Source: Squalus acanthias
Lineage: Eukaryota
Direction of reading: 5' to 3'
DNA length: 64,000 nt
Assembly: GCA_030390025.1 (NCBI GenBank)
Contig: CM059430.1
Location: forward strand, 72,664,001-72,728,000
Shown piece by piece: positions 50,798 to 63,020 of this stretch. How positions within the stretch are numbered: position 1 is the first letter of the stretch; each line of letters opens with the position of its first letter. A program made the translations under genes and the position numbers. The notes beneath the pieces were generated by a model. That model was not told the origin of the DNA. It ran no database searches and saw only the letters and a list, made by a program, of their open reading frames with translations.

Positions 50798-52744
50798 TTT
50801 GTACAGTTATTAAAAATTTTAAATGTAAGATTTTGTGAAATTTAACTTTACTACAGTAATACATGTTTAGGTGCACAGCTGTCGTGATGTGACTTGATTA
50901 TGCAGGCATCGCAGCTACTTGTAAAATGCTTGTGCTTTGGAGATGGTCAGAGACACTATTGTGTTTCTAAACATCTTATTTGTACTCTACAGGCTTGAGG
51001 TGTGAAATTTCAATTCCTGAACAATACCCTGTCTTCAAAGCAGCCAGCCGGTCTCTTTCAGCCAACCATGAAGCAAAAACTGAAGATTAATTTTCATTTC
51101 TGTATAAAGTAAAATGGTGCATAATGCCAGAGAACGTGCCATAACAGGCAGTGGTATTGCCGCTCTGAAGGAATTGTTGGAGCAAAAGGAAACGGTCATG
51201 CACTTGAAGGGAATCCGTGGTGGCAGTTAAGTGTCTGGTGCCCAATCAGGCATTGAAATAAGGAAAGGTGAGTTGTTCTGCCCAGCTGTATGTTTAAATC
51301 TGTCAGCTGTGCGCAGTTTATCAGCTTCTGTGATGTGCCAGAACGTACGTCAATATTGCAAAATTTCCACTGTTTCCTTCCCACAGGTGGACAGCTTTCT
51401 TTGCACACACGGTTTCAAGAGTGCGGCAAGTCTGCGGCTGCAGAGAATGTTCACAAGGAACCTGAACAGGGCAATGGGGAAGGGGGTACAGATCAAGCGC
51501 GAATGGTAAGTGAGGTGGGAGGGGAGGAATTTGCACAATGGCATCTATTGGAAGGGGATGGTGTGGACCCTGGGTAGACGGCCGTGCCAACTGGGGACCT
51601 TGGCCGCGATGAAACGGTGCACACCACCTCTCCATCTCCTGGTCCCTCTCTCTCTGTGCGAGGCACAGATAACTGCCCTTCCGCAGCCAGCCGCCAAGCT
51701 GATACTGTGGAGCAGGTGGGAGAAGCAGCAACACGTTTTACACCGCAGGCTGATTTTGACACTCAGGTGCAACAGATTGAAAGCTTGAAGCGAGAAATGC
51801 TCACTCACTCAGCAGGAGAAGAAACTTGACTCTCTTGCCTCCATCGGGCAGGCAATAGAGGTTCATGGGAACACTCTGTGTAATCAGTTGCCCATAGGTA
51901 TACAGACCATCTTTAAGCAGTTGGCCATAACGACTCACTATTTATGGTGTGTTGGCCCAGATGTATCAGGCGATTAATCAGGTTAACGAGTCTATCGTTC
52001 AGCTATTGCAGTTGAATACAGCAGGTTCGGCTGTCGTTCATTTGATCCCCGTAGAACCCCTTTGCCTGCTCCGAGTGCAGACATAGTGCAGGCTGAAGAG
52101 CCAGCAGTTCTGCCAATAATGTTGGAACCAAATGTTGTCTTTCAGCAGCAGCAGCAGCAACCCTGTCAGGAGCCAGCTGCTGAAGGGCAAGAGATAGCAC
52201 ACAGTGGTCTTTCCCTTGGCAGGAGAGGACTCCGGTCAAGGGGAAGGGAAAGGTGCAGGAGACAGTAGTTTGCCACCTTTTGCAGAAGCCCCCTTCTTCG
52301 ACCCTCAGGCATGGATGCAAAGGGGCATATCTGTTAATTGTTCAATGTTTGCTTTTATTTAAATGTTGGTGCTGTGCTATTTCTTGAAATGTATATTTGT
52401 GACTGATAGTGCAATTGCCCATTTTGTTTCACATGTGTAGTCTGTAGTCACCTTAAAGTGTTTAACTCATTTTATTAACAACCAATGTAACATTACAACT
52501 GTTTACAAAGTAGTAAATAACTAGTTTATATTTTGTATTTAAAGTTTTTCTTGCACTAAGAAACTCAACAAAGTCACATAAATTGTTTACATTTTTTACC
52601 AACCAATTTAACATTGCAACTCTTTACAGAGTAGAAAATAGCTAGCTAACAATGTGTACTTAAGACTAAGAACATCAAAAAACTACCGCAAATGTATTGA
52701 AATGAGTATTTGCTACTGCAATAAAAGTTCACAGTTTCACTTAA

Positions 52745-53837
52745 ATTCGTGTCTGGGGAGTTAGGAGGCGACAGTATCGTCACCTCGTAAACATGTTGGC
52801 TACCAGCTGTTCTCTGGCAGCTCTGCTCTCTGCAGCACTTGGGTCCTCCCCATCAGGCCTGCCCGCAGGGACATCAATGTTGGCATCCTTCATGTCCTCC
52901 ATTTCCATGGAAATCTCGTCTGCAGTGTTGAGGGTCAGTTATTCCCGCAGGGAAAAGATGTGCAAAGCGTAACAGTCCACCTTGACACTTTCAAATTTTG
53001 CAAATTCCCCCATACCCGTCCAGGCATCAGAAGCATGATTGTTTAACATTGTTTGTCCTCTCCACCACTAGGCGTGTGGTGACGTATGCACGGTTATATC
53101 TCCTGTTCCTCATTATTTCTCCTGCAGTATGGTGTCATCAGCCACGGTTTTAGCGCGTAGCCCCTGTTGCCCAATATCCATGCAGATACTGGACGCAATT
53201 TACTGAGGGCTTCATGTAAGTCTGAGTGCTGGAGGACGAAGGCGTCATGAGTACTTCCCCGGTGATCTGCATTCACATTTAGGTTCCTCAGTCGGGCTTC
53301 ACAGGCGATCATTACATTTAAGGAATTAAATTCCTTCCTGTTGATAAATGTAACAGGTGCATCAATTGGTGCCTTCAATGCAATATGGGTTCCATCGACG
53401 GCACCAATCACTTTGGGGAAGCCAGCAATTCTACAAAATGCAAGAGAGCTCTCCTTTTGCTGCCGAGGGGACAAGTCAAAGTGGATGAACTCAGAAACCG
53501 TACAGAATATAGCATCTGTGACCTGGTGAATGCAGTCCCTCGTAGTGCTCTGGGTGATGTTGGAAATGTCACCGGTGCCTGACTGAAATGACCCACATGC
53601 AAAGAAGGTCAGTGCTGTCGTTACCTTCATTGCCACTGACAAGTTAGTGTTTGTCTTCAAACGTGTCTGAAGGTCATCCTTTAACATGTCACATAGATGG
53701 TCGGTTGCCACTTTACTAAAGCACAGTCTCCTCACACGAAACTCCTCCGACATCAGCTCAAAAGAAAGCCTCTCCCTATACACTCTCTGGACTTTGTAGA
53801 AGTTTCTCCTGGTCAGGCGACGGTCATGGTTCCTCAC
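52745..53837 (-). pseudogene. Harbinger DDE transposase, disrupted C-terminus
   Basis: 247-aa ORF with VAMKVTTALTFFACGSFQ, GFPKVIGAVDGTHI, GSTHDAFVL and ILGNRGY (the conserved GDxGY Asp is Asn here). Confidence 0.92.
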
Positions 53838-56611
53838 TCTTCTTTGTTGTTCCGTCGGCTTTCGAGTCTCTGTACCAAAATCGCATACAAGATCTGGGCA
53901 AAGTCCTCAAATCACAGGATCATAGAATCATAAGAGCACTTCATCTAGTCCCACTCCCTCGCCCTTTCCCCATAGCCCTGCAATTATTTTTCCTTCAGGT
54001 ACTTATCCAACTCCCTTTTGAAAGCCGTGATTCAGTCTGCCTCCACCATCCTTTCAGGCATTGCATTCCAGATCCTAATCACCCACTGAATAATAAAGTT
54101 TGCCCTCATGTCGCCTTTGGTTCTTCTATCAATCACCTTAAATCTGTGTCCTCTGGTTCCCGGCCCTTCTGCCAATGGGAACAGTTTCTCTCTATCTACT
54201 CTGTCCAGACCCCTCATGAATTTGAACAGCTCTATCAAATCTCCTCTCCATCTTCTCTACTCTAAGGAGAACAACCCTGGCTTCTCCACTCTATCCACGT
54301 AACTGAAGTCCCTCATCCCTGGAATCATTTTCGTAAATCTTTTCTGCACCCTCTCTAAGGCCTTCACATCCTTCCTAAAGTGCAGTGCCCAGAATTAGAC
54401 ACAATACTCCAGTTGTGGCCGAACCAGTGTTTTATAAAGGTTCATCATAATTTCCACGTTTTTGTTCTCTATGCCTCTATTCATGAAGCCCAGAATACCG
54501 GAAGTTGTTTTAACTGCTTTCTCAACCTGCCCTGCCACCTTCAGCGATTTGTGCGCATATACCCCCGGGTCTCCCTGTTCATGCAACCGCTTTAGGACTG
54601 TACCCTTTGGGTTATATTTCCTATCTTCATTTTTTCTACCAAAATATATCACTTCGCACTTTTCTGCATTAAATTTCATCTGCCACGTGTCCGCCCATTC
54701 CACCAGCCGATCTATGTCCTCTTGAGGACAATCAATATCCTCCTCACTGTTCACTATACTGCCAAGTTTTGTGTCATCTGCAAATTTTGAAATTGTGCCC
54801 TGTACACCCAAATCTAAGTCATTAATATATATCAAGAAAAGCAGTGGTCCTGGAACCGCACCCTGTGGAGCACCACTGTGCACCTCCCTCCAGTCCGAAA
54901 GACAACGGATCACCACTACTCTCTGTTTCCTGTCACTTAGACAATTTCGTATCCATGCTGCCACTGTCCCTTTTACTCCATGGGCTTCAACATTTCTGGC
55001 AAGCTTATTACGTGGCACTTTGTCGAAAGCCTTTTTGAAATCCATGTACACCACGTCAACTGCATTGCCCTCATCAATCCTTTCTGTAACCTCATCAAAA
55101 ATTCGATCAAGTTGGTTAAACATGATTTGCCTTTAACAAATCCGTGCTGGCGTTCCTTAATTAATCCATACTTGTCCAAGTAACTGCTAATGTTGTCCCT
55201 GACTATTGTTTCTAACAGCTTCCCCACTACAAATGTTAAACTGACTGACCTGTATTTGCTGGGTTTATCTTTGCACCCTTTGTTGAACAAGGGAATAGCA
55301 AATGCAATTCTCCAGTCCTCTAGCACACCCCGTTTCTAAGTAAGATTGGAAGATTATGGCCAGTAGCTGCGCGATTTCTTCCTTTACATCCTTCAGCGTC
55401 CTAGGATGCATCCCTTCTGGCCTTGGTGACTTATCTACTATAAGTACCTCCTCTTTTTCAATTTTTATCCCATCCAGTATCTATTCTACCTCCTCCTTCA
55501 ATATTCTATGGCAGCATCTTCTGCCTTGGTGAAGACAGATGCAAAGTATTCATTTTGCACCATGCATAGGTGTTATTTTGATCCCTAATCGGCCCCATAC
55601 ATCCTCTTTCGACACTTTTACTATTTATATGCCTATAGAATACTTCTGGATTACCTTATACGTTAGCTGCCATTCTATTCTCATTCCCTCTCTTTGCCCC
55701 TCTTATTTTCTTTTTCACTTCTCCGCTGAACTTTCTATATTTAGCCTGATTCTCAGATATATTCTCGACCTGACATCTGTCATACGCGCTCTTTTTCTGC
55801 TTCATCTTACTCTCTATCTCTTTCGTCATCCAGGGAGCTCTGACTTTAGTTGTCCTACCTTTCCCCCTAGTGGGAATGTACCTCGACTCTATCCGAACTA
55901 TTTCCTCTTTAAAGGCAGCCCATTGTTCCATTACAGTTTTGCCTGCCAATCTTTGATTCCAATTTACCTGAGCCAGATCCGTGCTCGTCCCACTGAAATT
56001 GGCCTTCCTCCAATTAAGTATTTTTACTCTAGATTGCTTGCTGTCCTTTTCCATAGCTAATCTAAATCCTATGATGCTATGTTCACTGTTCCCTAAATGT
56101 TCCCCTACTGACACTTGCTCTACTTGACCTATCGCATTCCCCCAAACCAGATCCAGCAATTCCTCCTTCCTCGCATGGGCTGGCAACATTCTGATCAAGA
56201 AAGTTCTCCTGAACACACTTCAGTAATTCTTCGCCCTCTCTGCCCTTTACACTATTACTATCCCAGTCTATATTAGGATAGTTGAAGTCCCCCATTATCA
56301 CTATTCTATAGTGCTTGTATTCTCTCCAAATTTGCTCCTCCATATTTTTACCAAAAGTTGGTGGCCTATAGAATACACCTAGTAATGTAATGTTACCTCT
56401 GTTATTTCTTAACTCTAGCCATATAGATTCTGTCCTTGACCCCTCCAGGACATCCTCTCTCTCCAGAACTGTAACATTTTCCTTATCCAATACTGCCACA
56501 CCACCGGTTATCTTTCCTTCCCTGTCTTTCATGAACACTATTATATCCAGAAATATTTAATCCCCAATCTTGCCCTCTTTTGAGCCAGGTCTCTGTTATT
56601 GCCAAGGCATT

Positions 56612-57331
56612 GGGCCAGAAATTCGGGTCTCCACGGGTGAGTACGCGCTTTGTACTCACCCGTAGACACAACAAAAGTGCCGGTTTCGCACATGCATTGC
56701 GCATGCGCTGGAAACTAGAACTTCCGTTCCCTTGAAGCGCGCACGCATGGAACTTCTGCTTTTTTTTCAGGTTTCCCCGTTAGGGTAAGTCCCTGGCAGC
56801 TGCGCCGGGAAAAAGCAGGCGCAAGGCCTGCTTTTAACAAGGTAAGTGGTGAATTAAGTCAAATTTAAACATTTTTTCCACAGGTTTATCTTTTTTAAAT
56901 ACTTTAAAGAAAGGTAAGTTTATTTTTAGCTCCGTTAAAAACTGTAATTAATTTTTTCAAAAATTAAAATTTTTGTTTCAAATAGTTAAATCATGTAATT
57001 TATGGTTATTTTAAAAATGTGATGTTTTTAAAAAATGTATTTGAAGTTTTAGTTAGGTTTTGGGGCCGATGTTTATTCATAGATTTGACAGGTCTTCCTG
57101 TCAAATCAATGAATGGAGATTCCCTGCTCCGATTGGCTCTCTATGGCCCACGTGATCCCAGGGGATGCTTCCAACTAACTGCACCCCTGGGATACACAAG
57201 CACTGCACACAGCTGGAGGAGGCCCAGGATCGGAGTTCCATGCGGGCCCACAGCACAATGGCAGGCGCGTTAGATAAGTGCAGGTCGGGGGCTTGCACCC
57301 GTGGGAAGCCTCCGCACAGAATTTCTGGCCC
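56612..57331. mobile_element. Non-autonomous Harbinger-type MITE (720 bp) in the CR1 APE region
   Basis: Perfect TIR GGGCCAGAAATTC / GAATTTCTGGCCC (extends to 16 bp with the flanks); CR1 sequence resumes on both sides. Confidence 0.88.
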
Positions 57332-58870
57332 AATAGTGGCTATTTGCGCCTGCAGCTCACCAGCCTTTTTACTATGCTTTGTGCGTTCACATACATACAC
57401 TGTAACCCTATCTTCGCTCATCCTGTGTTCTCTCTTAGTTTGACCCGCCTAATACCTTTAATATTTCTTAATGCAATCCGTCTCTCCGAATCCTTTCTGC
57501 TCTTTTTTCTCCTTTCTAATGCTACATCCTGGTGCCCATCCCTGTGCCAATTTAATTTAAACCCTAACCACAGCACGAGCAAATCTTCTCGCGAGCCTAT
57601 TGGAACTGGCTCAGTTGAGGTGCAACCCAACCGGCTTGTACAGGTCCCACCTCCCCCTGAAGCGGTCCCAATGCCCGAGGAATCTGGAGCCTTCCCTCCT
57701 GCACTATCTCTCCAGCCACGCATTCATCTGCTCTATCCTCCTATTTCTATACTCACTCGCACGTGGCATCAGGTGTAATCTGGAGATTACTACCTTTGAT
57801 GTCCTGCTTTTTAATCTCTTTCCTAACTCCCTGAAATCTACCTGCAGGAACTCATCCCTCTTTCTACCTAAATCGTTACTGCTGATATGGACAACGACCT
57901 CTGGCTGCTCACACTTCCCCATCAGAATGCTCTACAGCCGCTCGGTGACATCCTTAACCCTGGCACCAGGGAGGCAGCATACCATCCTGGAATCACGTCT
58001 GTGGCCTGAGAAACGCCTGTCTGCTCCCTAACTATTGAATCCCCTACCACTATTGCTTTCCCCATCTTCATCCTGCCCAATGTACAGCTGAGCCATCCAT
58101 GGTGCCGTGGGCATGGTTCTGGCTGTACTCCCCAGAGGAACCTTCGCCCTCAGAACAGAATATTGGTTGGAGAGCGAGATGCACTCAGGAGACTACTTCA
58201 CTACCAGCCTGGTTCTGTCTGGTGGTCACCCATTCTCTTTCTGCCTGCATACACCTTAGATGCGGAATACCACCTCCTGTAACGTACCATCCACATAGCT
58301 CTCACCATCACGGATGCACCGCAGTGACGCTAGCTGCTGCTCAAGCTTCAAAACCCAGAGCTCAAGCTCCTCCAGCTGATGACACTTCCTGCACATGTGG
58401 TTGTCCAGGACATGGGTAGTGTCCTGGATTTCCCACATGGCACAGGATGCGCATTCCAGAGGACTGAGCTGCCCTGCCATGCATTTATTTATTCGACTAT
58501 TAACTAACTTTACAGAAAATTAAGACTGAGATGTACCTAATTCAAGTTAGTAATATAACATAGTATTAACAGTTACTAACTTAACATAATATGAACTGTT
58601 ACTAATCTCCAATCTCCTGCTTTATCCCTAACCAGCTATTTAACCCCAGCTCCTAACTTGAAGAGCCCTTCTCCGACCGCGCTCTTCAGCAGAACTTTGC
58701 AGAAATAAACTTAAAATTTAAAAAAACTCAGCAACGACTCAGAATTCAGGTCCGTCCCTTGCACTGATGTCGCTTTAGGTGTTTCACTCTGACGTCACTC
58801 TTTCAAATTCTGCCTGTGTTGAGCTCTGCTCTCGCAGATCTCTTAATCCCCTCTCAGGTCCTCTGGCGCT

Positions 58871-59035
58871 GGTCTCGGGTCTGCTCTCAACGTGCTTTTT
58901 ATCCCTGCTCAAGTCTGTTCCTTTTGGTCTCGGGCCTGCTCTAACCACACTCTTTATCCCCGCTCAAGTCCGCTCCTTCTGGTCTTGGGCCTACTCTCGC
59001 CACGCTCTTTACCCCCACTCACGCTCAGTTCCGCC
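58871..59035. repeat. Three 55-bp tandem monomers in the CR1 5' UTR
   Basis: GGTCTYGGG starts at 58871, 58926 and 58981 with collinear internal sequence. Confidence 0.75.
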
Positions 59036-60024
59036 GCTTCAAAAGCATGTTTCTCTCTCACAAGCTTCCTATTTAAATAGCTGCAGTACCTGTGTTGGGA
59101 AAAAGTGGAAACAGTTGTAAAAGTCATGTTAATAAAGTAAGTAGGCAGAAATTCGTCTCGGGCGGTAGTGCAAAATGGGCGCTTTTTGGACCGGCCGCCC
59201 GTTATACGCAGCGCCTGATATTCAGTTGCATTAACTGCAATGGTACTGAATATCAGGCGCTACGTAAAAATGGCGACCGATCCGATATCGCCGTTTTGCG
59301 CCAACCCCCGAGACTATTTTCAAGGCAAGAGATTCAGAAGCTAGGGAGGAAACTTTTGAGCAGGACCTCAAAGGCTGTAATTTCTGAATCACTCCAGGTG
59401 CCACGAGCTGCTGAGTATATATACATCAAGATGAAACGGGTTAATGCGTGGCTGGAGAACTGATGCAAATGCGAAGGCTATACTTCCTGCCATATTGGGC
59501 CCAGTTCTCAGGCAGAAGGGACGTGTACAAGTTGGACGGGTTGCACCTGTACACGACTTGGGCTAGTGTCTCGCAGGGAGGTTTACTGGCGTTGAGTGGA
59601 GGGTTTAAACTTACTTGGCTGTGGAAGGTCAACAAGGATTAAGCGTCAGAAATGACAGACACAATGCTTAGAGCAATGGAGAGATAACAGTGTTGGAATA
59701 AAGACTAGTCCAAAAAGTGGAGGAATCACAGCGGGTATAATGCAAAGCAGACTAAAGTGCATTTAGAGTGTATGTACGTAAATGCACAGAGCATGACAAA
59801 TACGGTTGGAGAGCTGCAGGCACAAGTTGCTAAATGGGGTTATAATATCGTGGCATTAATGGAGACCTGGCTGAAATAAAAGCAGGAATTTTAACTTACC
59901 ATTCCTGGCTACAATGTATTCAGGAAGGACAGGGAACAAAAATGAAAGGAGGGCTAGCACTATTGACCAAATACCCTGTTACAGGCCCAGAAATGGATGA
60001 TGTGCTCAAGGTTTGAAAGACAGA

Positions 60025-63020
60025 GGTCTAGAAATTCGAGTGTTTAGCATCGGCTGTTAAGGCCAGTTTTGAAGAAAAAATGGCAGCCACCTCGCTTCTG
60101 CTCGCTTCCAGTGGGTTCCGTGGTGGCCGCCATTTTGGGCTGGTCGAAAGCGATACCATTGCCTGCGCTTGCCGCAGAATTGCAAATGAGGCAGATCGTG
60201 ATGTTAATGAGTGGCAACGCTCACTTGACGCCCGATCTGCCATTTGCCTGTCATCGCACCACTTTGCGGCCTCTCCTTATCACGGCCAGCTGACAAGTGT
60301 TCAACAGCAGGAAGCGATATTTAAAGGTTTCATCAGCAACAAACCCTGTCCAATTCCTTAGTAACTGTCGTTCCTGTGCTTTTCCTCCTCTAGTGCTCCT
60401 ACACAATGCTCCCCCAGTGACTGCAGCATGGCTGGGGGAAAGCTGCTGACTTTCAGTGGGGCAGAATAAAGATGGCCTTGCTGGACGACCTCGACCATCT
60501 GTGGGCCTAGAAGGCACTGCTGTAGACTGCACTACCTCGGAATGTGCGGCAGCAATCTGTGCTGACTGGCTGATAGGCAATGGCAAAGGCAATGGCTGAG
60601 TGGCAGTGCTTGCAGTAGGAATGCTGTCATTCTGAGAGAGGAAAGCAGGTTCTTGCTCTGCAGACACTGCCACTCCCCCAGGACGGTGTCTCTGCATTCC
60701 TAGCCATCTGTTTGAGGATAGATTGTGGGTCAGCGGCGACACCCTTCAAAACCCCTTTGTCACTCGTCAACCAGCGACGATGGCAGCAGTCTGAGCTTCC
60801 GTGGCAGCACAAACAAAGGAAGACTTGCATTGATATAGTGCCTTTCACGACCACCAGACGTCTCAAAACGCTTTACAGCCAATGAAGTACTTTTGGAGTG
60901 TAGTCACTGTTGTAATGTTGGAAACGCAGCAGCCAATTGCACACAGCAAGATCCCACAAACAGCAATGAGTTAATGACAAAATAATTTGTTTCTTTTATG
61001 TTGGTTGAGGGATAAATATTGCCCAGGACCCCGGGGATAACTCCACTGCTCTTCTTAGAAATAGCGCCTTGGGATCTTGTATGACCACCTCAGTGATCAG
61101 ACGGGGCCTCGGTTTAACGTCTGATCCGAAATACGGCACCACCGACAGTGCAGCACTCCCTCAGCACTGCACTGCAGTTTCAGCCTAGCTTTACGTGCTC
61201 AAGTCCCTGGAGTGGGACTATGAACCCGCAACCTTCTGACTCAGAGGCGAGTGTGCTACCAATTAAGCCACAGCTGAGACGGCATGAGAGCTGTTTCAGC
61301 TTGCGTGGCAGCAAGCTGAGCATTCAGGAGAGTTGTCTGTTCTTGCACTGCAGCACTGAGATGTTGGGTCGCTTCCGTCTGTGCTGCAATGGAAGCCGTG
61401 ACATCGCCCATCACATGCAGCATCATGTCTGGGTCCACAAGGTCTCTCATGGAGTTATCCATCATTTGCATCCTGCAAATCATGGGCTTCAAGCTCTGCG
61501 AAAAGCCCTGTCCAATATTAGAGCCGGACTCCTCCATGCTCCTTGACATTGACAAGAGTCTGTCTGACAGGCTTGACATTGCACCAGCATTTCCGTGTGC
61601 ATGCCCATCACCCTTCATCTGAAAGCCGTCTCATCAAGGTCATCATTTGAGTCCTGTGCAGAATAACTCGTGCACAAACTCGCCCTCCGGGGAGCTGGCC
61701 CCTGAGCTACCCGTTCCCCTGGCCTTGCTGCAGCCCACTCATGCCCGGTGCCTTACCATGTTCAGATCCCGCCTTTATTCTACGCTCTATATACTGTACA
61801 GTGCCGTTGTCTGCAAGTGTCAGATCCAGAGACTGTCTGTCTTCTTTTCCATCACTCTGCTCCTCCATTATTTCGGGGACAGACTGGGCTGGTGTGACTT
61901 CTTGGTTATCTGAAAGGAAAAAGGCACAAGGGTCGGGTTGTGGAGTGGGGAAGCAAGATATCCATGCATACGCCATCAGCAGCTGTAAATGAGAAGAGAT
62001 TGTGGGATCAGGGGGAAGTGGGATGCGAGAGGAACGATTAGGAAGTGCCATACCGTCATTATTAGCAACGGCTTGAACTTCTCCCGTTGCCACGGCCTTG
62101 GTCACTGCCCCTTCAATAATGCCAAACATGGATTCCTCCATTTCACTGGGGTTCTTTACAACGGCTTGACGCCTCCCTTCTGCCGCTGTTCAATACTGTA
62201 CTGCGCCATCTTTGCTGTAAGCGAAGTGTGTCGGTGAGTATAGTGCAATGTGTTTGGGTAATGTGCCTTCCATATTTGAATAGCTTCAGTGTGTGCAAGA
62301 TGTGAGATGTGGATGTGAGTGTTGCAGTGGTGGTAAGGTTGTGAAGGTGATGTGAAGGCATGATTTTGAGCTATGAGTGGTGATAGCTAGAGATTGCAGG
62401 TAGCTGAGTGATAGGGTGTGGTGCGTTGAGCAGTGTGTGAAGCTTATGGTGCAGATGGTGGGCTATGGCATTTGCTGAAGCCTTCACTCACCTTGACCTG
62501 CTGTGTGAGGTAATTAAACTTTTTTCGGCACTGGATCCACATCCTTGGAATCACACTGGTTGCGGTGACAGAGTTAGTTATCTCCTCCAAGAGCCTTCTG
62601 CAAGTAGACTTGGATGGCTTCCTGCCAGCATCCGGAAGGCCACACGCCCTCTTTTAAAGGCCACGTCGAAGGGCTACAGTGCAGCATCCGCGAAACTTTG
62701 TGCTCGCTCCCTTGGTTGCTGAGCCAGGTCTTCAGCCTGACTGACAAAGAGATGCTGCTGCAACAAAGCACCTCCCCTTTAAGTACTGCAGAGAGTCAAG
62801 CCCAATCATTTCTGGCAATTAGACTGCACCCGAGAAAGGCCCACCTGTTCATCGGTAAGCCAATCAAAAACGCGTTTTAACTGAGATTCAGAGCTCCAAT
62901 CATAATAATGAGCAGGCAGCACAAATTTTGCTTGCTGCATGCACCGCTTTCAAGGGGCACAGGCAAATAGCCCCGGCACTTGGAACCGCCAATTTTCTGG
63001 CCGAAACCAATATCTAGGCC
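60025..63020 (-). mobile_element. Harbinger derivative retaining only the Myb/SANT gene
   Basis: Ends GGTCTAGAAATTC and reverse-complemented GGCCTAGATATTG (10/13 match). Minus strand 62720-62490 reads QQPRERAQSFADAAL*...CRKKFNYL. No transposase motifs seen. Confidence 0.75.
60815..61276 (-). mobile_element. tRNA-headed Deu-domain SINE (DeuSINE, SacSINE1/AmnSINE1-like)
   Basis: Minus-strand head has A box TGGCTTAATTGG and B-box-like GGTTCATAGTCC. Body GAGTGCTGCACTGTCGGTGGTGCCGTATTTCGGATCAGACGTTAAACCGAGGCCCCGTCTG matches the Deu core as I recall it. Confidence 0.8.

Larger units (their letters stand above)
50109..53910 (-). mobile_element. Harbinger transposon copy 3 (distinct family): Myb/SANT gene (+) convergent with transposase (-)
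   Basis: Terminus GCGCCAGAAATTG at 50109; the other end is cut by the CR1 tail at about 53915. Confidence 0.85.
53915..59075 (-). mobile_element. Full-length decayed CR1 LINE
   Basis: ORF1 MAGQLSPLECASCAMWE..HMCRKC and VHISSNDL. ORF2 GDFNYPNIDW, and a 242-aa RT ORF with PQGAVPGPLLFLIYINDL and KFADDTKLG. Tail repeat at about 53915-53930. Confidence 0.93.

Noticed and set aside
53094-53837. Domesticated HARBI1 gene
   Set aside because: The C-terminus is frameshifted, the conserved Asp of GDxGY is mutated, and it lies within a transposon with a Myb partner and TIR.
61210-61276. tRNA gene
   Set aside because: The A and B boxes belong to the SINE head; no complete cloverleaf is evident.
60794-61313. 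AGCTTSCGTGGCAGCA on both sides of the SINE as a TSD
   Set aside because: The right copy is not adjacent to the SINE head. It is better explained as an internal AAT(E/Q)A(Q/E)TA coding repeat of the Myb gene.
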